In this document: positions 18,406 to 27,777 of the stretch, in pieces
How positions within the stretch are numbered: position 1 is the first letter of the stretch
How the letters are laid out: each line of letters begins with the position of its first letter
DNA from: a virus
Lineage: Duplodnaviria > Caudoviricetes
DNA length: 42,028 nucleotides
Strand: one strand, 5' to 3'
IMG/VR virus record: IMGVR_UViG_3300032214_001577
Span: 1-42,028 of that record
Program-made: the position numbers and the translations under genes
Notes under the pieces: model-generated
Told to the model about the DNA's origin: nothing
The model's input: only the letters and a program-made list of their open reading frames with translations
The model's database searches: none

Positions 18406-20955
18406 ATGAATCAAGTATCTTTCTCAAATATGGATGAAATAGGCACACCAAATAAACCAATTGACTCTTTTAAAAAGGGTGGGGAAATAAAACATATTTC
18501 TGGTAATGCAGGTGGTTATCTCGTAGGTAAAAGACATTCTGAAGGAGGAATAAAGGCAATCAATAAAAGCACGGGTCAGCCATTGGAAATGGAAGGTGGT
18601 GAGGTGGTGATAACCCGAAATGCGGTAAGTAGTGAAGAAAAACATGAATTCGAAGGCGAGATGCTTACGAATCGTGAGATTTTGTCACGAATAAACGAGA
18701 GTGGTGGTGGAGTTTCTTTCGAAGAAGGTGGGGAAGTTTGTCACGTCTGTGATGCCGAGTATAACTACAAGGGCAAAAAGATGAAAGACATCGATATTTT
18801 TAAAGAAATGGCAAAGGGTGGCGAGATTGACGACATTTTGCAAGCCGTTGACGAACTGGATACAGAAGATTTTGAAGCAAGATTTGATGATGAATCTGAT
18901 GCGGTTATGGAAGCGCTAAAAGACATCAACAAAAACTTTAACGGACTTAATTATTGTTTCAAGGGAAGAAAAAACACCCCTTATGAAGACAAGTATTTTT
19001 TCATAACTGAAGGAAGAACTTCTCCAGTAACCATGCTTCAGGTATTTGTTGAAACCCCACAATTATATATTAATATAATTTGGGATGACATCGTAAATAA
19101 TTTTACAGTTTTACCCAAAGATTTTAAAATATATGTTAAACTATTTGACCACATTGCGTACAAGCAAATAGGTAGTTTCAAGGCTTTTACTCTTGGTGAC
19201 CCCACGATGTTAAGGGCTTATTTTTCTGCTGATGACTATAATGTAGACACTTTTGGATGTGTTGTATTGGAGGATGAAAATCCTGAGTTGTTTGAAACTA
19301 ACAACCCAGAAGTAAGTTCAAAAACTACAAATCAAGAAATTTTGGATTACGTAACGTACTGGAAAACACTCTTACCAGAAACATTTACTCCGTTTGATAA
19401 AATAGAAAATAGGTTTGTGGGTTCTAAATTTTTCAGAGCGTATGTAATAATTCATAGGGAAAGTATTTCAAGCCCCATAGAATTGAAGTATTTCATGGTG
19501 TATGCTGGAATGAACCTCAGTCGTCAACCAAAACCAAAAATTATCAGTTTTAATTTAAGAGATGATGAGAAAAGAATTTGGAAAGTTGATAGAAATATTC
19601 CGTTTACAGAATACTTGAAAAATTCTAAAGATTTTTCTAACATGTACAATTTGGATATTGTTATTGGCTATAAAGATTGCTACAACAACTTGGATTTATC
19701 TTATATATTGAAAAATGAAATTCCAATAAGAATAAAAAATACCTCTTATGCAGACAAGCAATGTACTATCACTTATTTATTGGATGGTGATAATGAATTT
19801 GCATTTCAATTTTTGTATGAAAATGAAGTTAAAACAGTATTGATTGATGGATTAGAAGATGCCGAAATGAATAATGTGGTGATTGATTTTGTGGATGTAA
19901 ATACAGAAAAGGAAAGAAAATATATAGAAAGCAGAATAAAAGAACTGGGTTTAAAAATAAAATTGTTTCGTGCTTCTATGACTTTAGAGGAGTTTGGGGC
20001 GGTTCAAAGAGAATTAAGGAAGTATATTAAATTGCTTCAGGATGTGTATTTAAGAGAGAAAAATGCCAATCCACTTGGTTTTTTCGAACGCATGAAAGAT
20101 GCTATAAAATTGGATTTTGGAAACATCAAAGCACAATATCCACCAACAACAAATTTGTCGGTCAATGGACTTCCAAGCCAACTGACTGAACAAGAATGGT
20201 TGACTGTGAGAAGAGAAGATTTCAAAATTTGGTTTGGAGATTGGGAGCAGGCATACTATGACCAAAACTACTCAGGTGTAAGTACAATAATTGATGATGC
20301 AACGAAAGAACCTCTGGCGGTTTATCATGGAACGAATGTAAAGTTCATAGACTGGAAAATTTATGAAAGCAATACGCTTCACTACTTTGCCAAAAAACGT
20401 GAAATGAGCGAATGGTTTGCTAATTCATGGAAGATGGGAGGTAGAGCGGATAAGGCAGGAATAGAAAGCGCCCAAATCAAACAAGGAAATCCATTTCAGG
20501 GAGCATTTTTGTATAGATGCTTTTTGAATATCAAAAACCCAATCGATTTTAGCCCTTTTGGAGTTGAAAAAGTAAGATTGGCAGATTTGATTGCATATTT
20601 GAAAATTAAATATGGTGTAGGTGATTTTGAATTATGGTCTAAAAATGACTATTTCAAAAAAGGGACGGTGACTATGGAGTCTACAATATATACATGGCAA
20701 ATCATTCGTTTATGGCAGAATTTTAACACTTACGTGAGAGAGTTTACACCCTACGATGGATTCATTTTTTATGAGTACATCCCGTCAAAAGCAAACTCTG
20801 GAAACATTGAAGATGCTTCATTATCGTTCTGTGCATTTAGGACAGAACAAATCAAATTTCATGATGCAGTTTCATTTTCAACGGAAGTTGAAGATAGTAG
20901 GTTTAAAGAGGGTGGTGTAGTGAAAAATACTAATAAAACGAGAAAGCGTAAATAA
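18406..20955 (+). CDS. large modular protein with a C-terminal ART-PolyVal-like ADP-ribosyltransferase domain; four xxGG motifs
   Basis: VR..DFK.WFGDWE, EPLAVYHGT, YFA, FLNIKNP, YDG, F..EQIK; motifs FKKGG, FEEGG, MAKGG, FKEGG. Confidence 0.7.
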   Translation: MNQVSFSNMDEIGTPNKPIDSFKKGGEIKHISGNAGGYLVGKRHSEGGIKAINKSTGQPLEMEGGEVVITRNAVSSEEKHEFEGEMLTNREILSRINESGGGVSFEEGGEVCHVCDAEYNYKGKKMKDIDIFKEMAKGGEIDDILQAVDELDTEDFEARFDDESDAVMEALKDINKNFNGLNYCFKGRKNTPYEDKYFFITEGRTSPVTMLQVFVETPQLYINIIWDDIVNNFTVLPKDFKIYVKLFDHIAYKQIGSFKAFTLGDPTMLRAYFSADDYNVDTFGCVVLEDENPELFETNNPEVSSKTTNQEILDYVTYWKTLLPETFTPFDKIENRFVGSKFFRAYVIIHRESISSPIELKYFMVYAGMNLSRQPKPKIISFNLRDDEKRIWKVDRNIPFTEYLKNSKDFSNMYNLDIVIGYKDCYNNLDLSYILKNEIPIRIKNTSYADKQCTITYLLDGDNEFAFQFLYENEVKTVLIDGLEDAEMNNVVIDFVDVNTEKERKYIESRIKELGLKIKLFRASMTLEEFGAVQRELRKYIKLLQDVYLREKNANPLGFFERMKDAIKLDFGNIKAQYPPTTNLSVNGLPSQLTEQEWLTVRREDFKIWFGDWEQAYYDQNYSGVSTIIDDATKEPLAVYHGTNVKFIDWKIYESNTLHYFAKKREMSEWFANSWKMGGRADKAGIESAQIKQGNPFQGAFLYRCFLNIKNPIDFSPFGVEKVRLADLIAYLKIKYGVGDFELWSKNDYFKKGTVTMESTIYTWQIIRLWQNFNTYVREFTPYDGFIFYEYIPSKANSGNIEDASLSFCAFRTEQIKFHDAVSFSTEVEDSRFKEGGVVKNTNKTRKRK

Positions 20956-20956
20956 T

Positions 20957-20964
20957 TATATTTG
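20957..20964 (+). promoter_or_regulatory. Bacteroidota-type -7 box TATATTTG
   Basis: TAnnTTTG in the 16-nt gap before 20972. Confidence 0.45.
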
Positions 20965-20971
20965 TATATTC

Positions 20972-22447
20972 ATGAAACCAAGACCAAAAAATATAAAAAA
21001 GAAAATGAACATCATCGGTGGAGGTATTTCTACCGATATTATAAAAAAAGCGTTGGACAAGGTTAGTGAAATTCAAGCCAATGCTCAAAAAAATGAATTA
21101 ATAACAAAAATTAGTTCTAAAATGGAAACGGCTGGTTTTGTGCCAGTATTTTTAGATGGTAATTTTAAATCAGATTATGTCGATTTTCAAATAGAATTTC
21201 TTAATCCAGCATCATCAGGAATCATTATCAGCGCTAAAAATTTGAAATATAATTTGAGTTTTGTAATAGGATTAAGTTCATTGATTGATATAGATGAAAA
21301 AAACAAAGAGAATATAAAAATCGATGGTTCTATTAATTATAGTTTCAAAAGTGACAATCAAAATATAGATGATTCGGGAGTTATGTTCAATTTAAGTACG
21401 ACTACTTTAAGTACTGCTATGAATCAATTGGAAGCGATTTATGAAAAAATGGCAAAATTGTATAATGAGGAATTGTTGAAAGAGATTCAAAAGGAAGTGA
21501 AAGAAGAGAAAGAGCAGGAAAAACAAAAAGACAAACCTAAAAAAGAAGAGCAGGAAGCCAAAGATGAGCGTGAAAAAAGCGAAGATGAAGGCGATGAAGA
21601 AGATGGCGAGGACGGAGAAGGTGAAGATGGAGAAGATGGAGAGAAGGGAGAAGGAGATGACGAAAATGGCGATGGTGAGGATGGAGATGGCGATGACGGG
21701 GAAGGTGAAGACGGAGAAGAAGGTGAAGACGGAGAAGATGGTGACGGGGAAGGCGAAGATGGTGAAGGCGAGGACGGAGAAGATGGTGACGGGGAAGGCG
21801 AAGATGGTGACGGGGAAGGCGAAGATGGTGACGGGGAAGGCGAAGATGGTGACGGGGAAGGCGAAGGTGAAGACGGAGAGGACGGAGAAGATGGTGATGG
21901 GGAAGGCGATGGAGATGGTGAAGATGGAGAAGACGGAGAAGATGGTGACGGAGAAGGAGATGGTGATGGCGAAGGAGGTGACCTTACCGATGAAGAAATT
22001 GACAGATTGATAAAAAGTATTACACAAACCCAAGGACAGAATCAAAGTGAAGGTGCGGATTTCGAAGACTTTTTAGAAAAGGTAGATAAAGGAGAAATTG
22101 ATAATGACTTTACGGAACATTACAAAGACCCATCCATAACTTCACCACAAATAGTAAATACAAACACAAGTAACCCAAATCCATTTGGTCAAGAACAAGA
22201 ATATGAAGAACCACAAATAACTGGTTCTTTGCAAGCATTGGCAATGTTTAGTAATTTTGCTAACCAAGAAGATTTTTTAAATTCTTTGCAAGGAAGTAAA
22301 ACGACATTGAATGCATTAATCAATGGATTATCCCAAAATGAATTTAACCAAATTAAAACACTATTGGGAAATCCAGAATTAACTAAATTTGACCTTAAAG
22401 CACAAGCAAATCAAGACTTTGATATTATAAACAACACCCAGCCATGA
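20972..22447 (+). CDS. protein with a long acidic E/D/G low-complexity linker
   Basis: About 130 aa of EDGDGEG-type repeats; lies directly upstream of the AAA+ gene. Confidence 0.75.
   Translation: MKPRPKNIKKKMNIIGGGISTDIIKKALDKVSEIQANAQKNELITKISSKMETAGFVPVFLDGNFKSDYVDFQIEFLNPASSGIIISAKNLKYNLSFVIGLSSLIDIDEKNKENIKIDGSINYSFKSDNQNIDDSGVMFNLSTTTLSTAMNQLEAIYEKMAKLYNEELLKEIQKEVKEEKEQEKQKDKPKKEEQEAKDEREKSEDEGDEEDGEDGEGEDGEDGEKGEGDDENGDGEDGDGDDGEGEDGEEGEDGEDGDGEGEDGEGEDGEDGDGEGEDGDGEGEDGDGEGEDGDGEGEGEDGEDGEDGDGEGDGDGEDGEDGEDGDGEGDGDGEGGDLTDEEIDRLIKSITQTQGQNQSEGADFEDFLEKVDKGEIDNDFTEHYKDPSITSPQIVNTNTSNPNPFGQEQEYEEPQITGSLQALAMFSNFANQEDFLNSLQGSKTTLNALINGLSQNEFNQIKTLLGNPELTKFDLKAQANQDFDIINNTQP
21779..21862 (+). 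repeat. 4 perfect tandem copies of the 21-bp unit GAAGATGGTGACGGGGAAGGC (EDGDGEG)
   Basis: Read directly; a fifth copy is at 21734-21754, within a degenerate tract of about 21580-21980. Confidence 0.9.
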
Positions 22448-23820
22448 GCAGAAAACAAGAATTATTAGACTTCATCAATACCCCAAGTACTTCGCCAAGT
22501 ATGGCAGAACTTCAAAAAGATGCAAGAGAACAACTTGAACAATTAGAAAGAGCAGAAGCAAGCGCTAATCCAAGTGTAGATGCCGATATAAATTTTGCCA
22601 TCACAGAATTACGCAAAGCCTTACAAGAAACCAGCAAAGAAAGTTCAATTGACAAAAGAGAAGTCGAAGACATCGTCAATAAAGAATTGAAAAGTTTCAA
22701 AGTTGGAATTAAAAATCTTGACACATCAGTAAAAGATTTGATTTCTACAACTCAAACCATTCAGGTGGTAAACTGGCAAGACGTAAAAGTCATGCTGGAT
22801 GGTAAGGGAAAACCAAGAAGAATTTTTGATGTAATCTTATCGGATTTTGAAGCAGGAAACAATGTTTACTTGTATGGGGGTGCTGGTACTGGTAAAACTT
22901 ATATTGTTGGAGAAATTGCTGATTCCATCAACTATAAACTGATTACAATTAACTGTAACCAATTCACATCACCTTTGGATATTTTGGGTGGTCAAACAAT
23001 TGAAGGTTATCAGGAAGGTCGTTTAACAGAAGCATGGGGTAACTTGTTTATGCCTGAAGTGAATCCTAAAACTGGTCAACCATATTCAGGTGCGCTTTTA
23101 TTGTTGGATGAGTTGCCAAAAATTGACCCAAACACGGCTGGTTTGTTGAATGATGGTTTGTCCAAAATTAAAGACCCTTTGAAGGAAAAAGATGGTAAAA
23201 TTTTCGGGCCGACAATTACAAATGGTAGAGGTAAGGCAATCAATAAAAAGAAAATATTTGTAATTGCAACGGGTAATAGTAAATTGAATGAAGCGGACAA
23301 AGACTACGAAGCAAACTTTAAGCAGGATTTGTCTTTGCAAGACCGATTTGCTGGTTCTACTTATGAATTGATAATTGACCCAGCATACGAATTAAAGAAT
23401 ATCATGAGTGGTGTAAATGTGAATGGTCAGGTGGCTGACTTCGTTTTCATTTTTAACTTTTTATTCAAACTAAGAACTGCCATTCAGGAAAATAACTACT
23501 CATCCAGAGCGTTTGTTTCAACTCGTTCTATGGTTTCTTTCAGAGATACATACATTGCGTATCGTATCAACGAAACTATGGGTGAAAAACAAATTCCAAG
23601 ACCTAAGACATTACAAATTGCAGTACTTTCTTTTATGGATTTGTTTACAGAAGACCAAAGGATTGTTTTATCGCAAGCAGTGGACTTACCACAATTTATG
23701 ACTTTGATAGATGTCAAAAATAAATTACCACTAAGTGATTTGACGACTGACATGGATAAGCAAGAAGCACAAGCGTTAATTCAAGCGTTTGATTTGAAAA
23801 ATGCGAATAAAATTCGTTAA
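22444..23820 (+). CDS. MoxR/CobS/dynein-related AAA+ ATPase
   Basis: Walker A GGAGTGKT, Walker B LLLDE, sensor I ATGN, Arg finger QDRF, sensor II STR; N-terminal coiled coil. Confidence 0.88.
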   Translation: MSRKQELLDFINTPSTSPSMAELQKDAREQLEQLERAEASANPSVDADINFAITELRKALQETSKESSIDKREVEDIVNKELKSFKVGIKNLDTSVKDLISTTQTIQVVNWQDVKVMLDGKGKPRRIFDVILSDFEAGNNVYLYGGAGTGKTYIVGEIADSINYKLITINCNQFTSPLDILGGQTIEGYQEGRLTEAWGNLFMPEVNPKTGQPYSGALLLLDELPKIDPNTAGLLNDGLSKIKDPLKEKDGKIFGPTITNGRGKAINKKKIFVIATGNSKLNEADKDYEANFKQDLSLQDRFAGSTYELIIDPAYELKNIMSGVNVNGQVADFVFIFNFLFKLRTAIQENNYSSRAFVSTRSMVSFRDTYIAYRINETMGEKQIPRPKTLQIAVLSFMDLFTEDQRIVLSQAVDLPQFMTLIDVKNKLPLSDLTTDMDKQEAQALIQAFDLKNANKIR

Positions 23821-25334
23821 TGAGCAAAAAGTACATCATAAGTTATGGCTTTGATGCTGGGAAATTCATCAAAGAAGGCACTGAAATAGCCGAAAGGGAA
23901 AATGTATTTCAAAGCGGTGATGATACTCAAGCCAGAAAAAATAGCAGTTTAGATGATATTGGAGCAAACTGGTGGGGTTATAAGCCAAATGACCCCAGAA
24001 GTTTTAACGAGCAAATGTCTTTAGACAACATACTGATTTCTTTTTTGAATCAAGGAATGCTAAAAAAAGCGGATGATTTGTATGATAAAATATTGAGTAC
24101 TATTGATTTGGGCGGTGATTTAAAACAACAAAGAATCATTTTTACCAGTCAGCCAATTGGAATTTTTTCGTTCGCTCAAGCATCAAAAGGATTAATTCGT
24201 TCTCTGGAATATTATTGTCCATCTGAAAATAGAATAATATCTCCTGATTTGGTTTTTAAAGGTGATATAAACGGCAAAGAATATTTTTTCTTTGAAGGAA
24301 ATAATGATGAAGAAATTTTGGTTGAGCGAAGACAAGAAGGAACAACTTCAATTCTAAATAATTGCCCATTTGCGACTGCCCAGTTAAATTTTGATAGCGG
24401 TATGGTTTTGCCCTATGACAAGGATGGTAAAATCATAAATTTCTATGATAAATATAAACTTAGATATACTTCAACAACGAAAAAAGTTTACCAAGTAAGA
24501 GAAAAAAAAGGTGGAGGATATGCCCCCTATGTTGATTTGTATTGTCCAGTGGGCGGTAATTCGAATTGGACAATGGAAACCATGTTAGTACAAGCACTAC
24601 CTATGATTCTATTATCTCGTGTTTTAGAAAGAGCAGGTGTAAGGACGAGGATTTTTGCGACAAATTTTATGAAAGTAATTGGTGATACAAATTACATGGT
24701 AACTCCAATTTTAGTTAAAGAATATGGAGAACCTTTGGATTTGAACAAGTTGGCTATTTACACATCTGATATAAGACTTTTTCGATACCATTTATTTAAT
24801 TCTTTATTAGGTTGGTTTGTTGAGAATGGAGATTTGAGAAGTAATCATGGAAAGCATAGAATTCTTTCAACTTCTGAAATTTATGCTATCATGCCCCGTG
24901 TAAAAAATTATTATCAATACCTGATGGAAAAAGGAAAAATTCCGCAAAGCAATATTGATAAAGGATTAATGATTTTTGGAGGTACACCAATTGACCTTGA
25001 TTATCCACAACGTGATAAATTAAACTATGAATCAACTCAGAAAAAAATCGTCAATGAATTTTACAGAATCAGTGATTACGTATCTTTAATGATGTCAAAG
25101 AAACCTGATTCTGTAATTAAAAAAATATTTGAGCGTGAGGAGGATAGAAAAGTATCTAAACAAGAAGTCGCTCAAACTTTAAGAAATACAATAACTCAAA
25201 TTTTAGCCCCAATTCGTAGACCAGCAAATCCAACAGAAGACGATTTAATCCTCACTGACTCGGATAAAGATTTTAAGCAACAAGACGAAAAAAGGGCTGA
25301 ACTTTTAGAATTAATTAACCGATATACATCATAA
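23820..25334 (+). CDS. probable degenerate vWA-like partner of the AAA+ ATPase
   Basis: Coupled to the MoxR gene; VDLYCPVGGNSN...LERAGVRTRIF...VKEYGEPLD..RLFR beta/alpha pattern; no canonical DxSxS. Confidence 0.5.
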   Translation: MSKKYIISYGFDAGKFIKEGTEIAERENVFQSGDDTQARKNSSLDDIGANWWGYKPNDPRSFNEQMSLDNILISFLNQGMLKKADDLYDKILSTIDLGGDLKQQRIIFTSQPIGIFSFAQASKGLIRSLEYYCPSENRIISPDLVFKGDINGKEYFFFEGNNDEEILVERRQEGTTSILNNCPFATAQLNFDSGMVLPYDKDGKIINFYDKYKLRYTSTTKKVYQVREKKGGGYAPYVDLYCPVGGNSNWTMETMLVQALPMILLSRVLERAGVRTRIFATNFMKVIGDTNYMVTPILVKEYGEPLDLNKLAIYTSDIRLFRYHLFNSLLGWFVENGDLRSNHGKHRILSTSEIYAIMPRVKNYYQYLMEKGKIPQSNIDKGLMIFGGTPIDLDYPQRDKLNYESTQKKIVNEFYRISDYVSLMMSKKPDSVIKKIFEREEDRKVSKQEVAQTLRNTITQILAPIRRPANPTEDDLILTDSDKDFKQQDEKRAELLELINRYTS

Positions 25335-25336
25335 CC

Positions 25337-27739
25337 ATGGATTTAAGCAGATATACATTCCTGAATGGAAATAGTTTGGAAATAGTTTTAGGTAAAATTT
25401 CAGATATATCTAATCAGTACTTGATTTTAGAATATAGGATTGAAGAAAAAAAATCCGCATCTGGAAAAACATATTCTGTGATAAACATGTCCAGCACAAA
25501 TCAATTTTTTGATTCTTCTATTACGGGTTTATTAATAAAAGATGCATCTACAATATTGTTATCTTCAGTTTACAAAGATGATTTGGTAGGAAGCGTAGTT
25601 CGGTATGAATTGGATAAGTATTTGTTTTCTGGAATATGGTTAAACACTTACGCTCAGTTAAACATCCCAAGCCCCATTTTTTTCAATGTAGAAAATGTGA
25701 TGAATGACTTGAGAATGATGTATTTTGGTAAGCAATCAGAAACTGAAATTCTTAATTCAATTAGGAAAAACTGGTACGACAAAAAATATCAGAATGATTT
25801 GAGAATTCCTTTAATTGACATTTCGAAAAAATTTACAGATGAGTTTTCTATAATAGATGAACCAAGGGATAAAGACAAATTACTGGATTACATTGCTTCT
25901 TCAAAAAAAGAGCAAAAATTAGAAGTGCCAAGCACATTATCTAATAATTTTAATATTGTTAGACCAGATGGCGACATTCAAGACGACTTAAAATCTTATT
26001 TTAGAGAAGGCAACTTGTTTTTAGTTCAAAGAGATATACAATATAATTTTGATGTTAAAAACAATTTCATCCAATATACTTCTTATATTTTAGTTTACAT
26101 AGATGAAAATCAAAATATTTCGGATAATAAAATTAATTTCTTTCCTTCTTTATTGATTAAAAAAGATAATAAAACATACGATGGCTATTTAAACTTAATT
26201 CAAGCAAGTTATTTGGGTTTAGACAAAAGAATATTTTATAAATTAGGTGATTTTATCAGACAAGATATTCAGTTTAAAATTAATGAAAAGTATGAAATAG
26301 GAACTATCATAAATTCAAAATCAAAATATATAGTAATAGGTGCTTATTATGACTATAACAATGAATTACAATATTTAAGTGTTAGTATTAGTGCTTTTAC
26401 AAGCAAAACGGGATTGACCAATAATGCAATAAAGAAAAAAATAAAGACATGGACTGAATCTGAAATTGATGATTTAGCAAAAAAGAAAAAAGTAAGCATC
26501 GTTTCCCCAACAAAATCATCATACTTTCCAAAAGAGTATTTGTCAGAAGATATTCAAATTTCAAATCCTTTTCAACAAAAGGCTATGGTTAAGTTAAGCG
26601 ATGAATTGGATTCTGTTCGCAACAAAAATGAGGTTTTGTATAATGCTTTCATCAATGTCATTAATGTCATCAATAAAAAAATACAAGATAAAATACCACA
26701 ATCAAAATCGACATCAAAAACGGATTTGTATGGTATAAATTTGAAATCAAACGCTACCTCTAATGGTGTGTATTCTGGATTTAATTTAGAAGAAGCATTA
26801 AAAAATGGCCCTCTTGGTCAGGGATTGGGTGCGGACGATTTTATGCTTTCTGCATATTCTGAAGATTATAGTACTTCAAGTCCTTATAAATATTTTACAA
26901 ACACTGAAGATTTAATTCAATATTGTGGTAAATTATTGAAAATATTTGTAGATTTAATGTATTATAAAAAGGTGATGGGTAAATATTCAAGAGAAGAATA
27001 TTTTCGTCCTAATTTTTATAATCTACCATTATTTGCACAAAGTCTGAGCCTTTCCATAGACACTCGTTTTCCTGATTTTAGAATAAAGTTTCAAGGTACA
27101 ATTTTATATAGTTTTGCTGAGGAATTATTTTTGGAGAACATAGGTAAATTTACTATTCAGAAGCAATTGAATTTTTATGTTAATATCATTAGACAATGTT
27201 TGAATATTGCATTAATTCAAAGGTTGAAATATGAACCTTTGATTGATTTTAGACAAAATGATGATTGGAAAAAATCTTTATTATTACTGAATCCTTATTT
27301 TACTTTGGATTATGAAATTTTAAAAGCCATTAATTGTAATTATGTTCAATATCTAAATCCTACTATTAATTCTAACCAAACCATTTCTTACAATAATACA
27401 GATACTCTGTGGATAGATAAGTTGAAATATACCAATTATGGTGATATTCCAGAAGAAATTATCATGGCATTATTTACTGGTACATCAAATATCAAAATAT
27501 ATGACAAAAGCGGAATTGACGATAAAAGCAAATTGATTAATTTATTTGAAAAATATGACCAGACCAGTCTGGAGGTGTTTAATGGAGCGCCATTACCGAA
27601 ATTGTCAGTCGATACCGAAACTGATGATTTTTTGAGTCAACTTGACGAAATGGATTTCTCAGACGATAGTTTGTTTGTCGATTCTATCGTTGATGAAGTC
27701 AACAATTTGGATTTCGATGACCCATCCCTCTTTAATTAA
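25337..27739 (+). CDS. large hypothetical protein with an acidic C-terminal tail
   Basis: 800-aa ORF, very AT-rich; ends DDFLSQLDEMDF...DFDDPSLFN. Confidence 0.7.
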   Translation: MDLSRYTFLNGNSLEIVLGKISDISNQYLILEYRIEEKKSASGKTYSVINMSSTNQFFDSSITGLLIKDASTILLSSVYKDDLVGSVVRYELDKYLFSGIWLNTYAQLNIPSPIFFNVENVMNDLRMMYFGKQSETEILNSIRKNWYDKKYQNDLRIPLIDISKKFTDEFSIIDEPRDKDKLLDYIASSKKEQKLEVPSTLSNNFNIVRPDGDIQDDLKSYFREGNLFLVQRDIQYNFDVKNNFIQYTSYILVYIDENQNISDNKINFFPSLLIKKDNKTYDGYLNLIQASYLGLDKRIFYKLGDFIRQDIQFKINEKYEIGTIINSKSKYIVIGAYYDYNNELQYLSVSISAFTSKTGLTNNAIKKKIKTWTESEIDDLAKKKKVSIVSPTKSSYFPKEYLSEDIQISNPFQQKAMVKLSDELDSVRNKNEVLYNAFINVINVINKKIQDKIPQSKSTSKTDLYGINLKSNATSNGVYSGFNLEEALKNGPLGQGLGADDFMLSAYSEDYSTSSPYKYFTNTEDLIQYCGKLLKIFVDLMYYKKVMGKYSREEYFRPNFYNLPLFAQSLSLSIDTRFPDFRIKFQGTILYSFAEELFLENIGKFTIQKQLNFYVNIIRQCLNIALIQRLKYEPLIDFRQNDDWKKSLLLLNPYFTLDYEILKAINCNYVQYLNPTINSNQTISYNNTDTLWIDKLKYTNYGDIPEEIIMALFTGTSNIKIYDKSGIDDKSKLINLFEKYDQTSLEVFNGAPLPKLSVDTETDDFLSQLDEMDFSDDSLFVDSIVDEVNNLDFDDPSLFN

Positions 27740-27755
27740 ATAAAAAATTATATAT

Positions 27756-27763
27756 TAACTTCG
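27756..27763 (+). promoter_or_regulatory. -7 box variant TAACTTCG
   Basis: One mismatch to TAnnTTTG; followed by an A-rich leader and the ATG at 27778. Confidence 0.35.
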
Positions 27764-27777
27764 CAAAAACTAATACA

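Noticed and set aside
21407-22045. 212-aa hydrophobic minus-strand ORF and 148-aa alternate-frame ORF (21564-22010)
   Set aside because: Both are shadows of the stop-poor GA-rich repeat in the real gene.
22444-25334. Cobaltochelatase CobS/CobT function
   Set aside because: Only general MoxR-family motifs; no CobN or cobalamin context.
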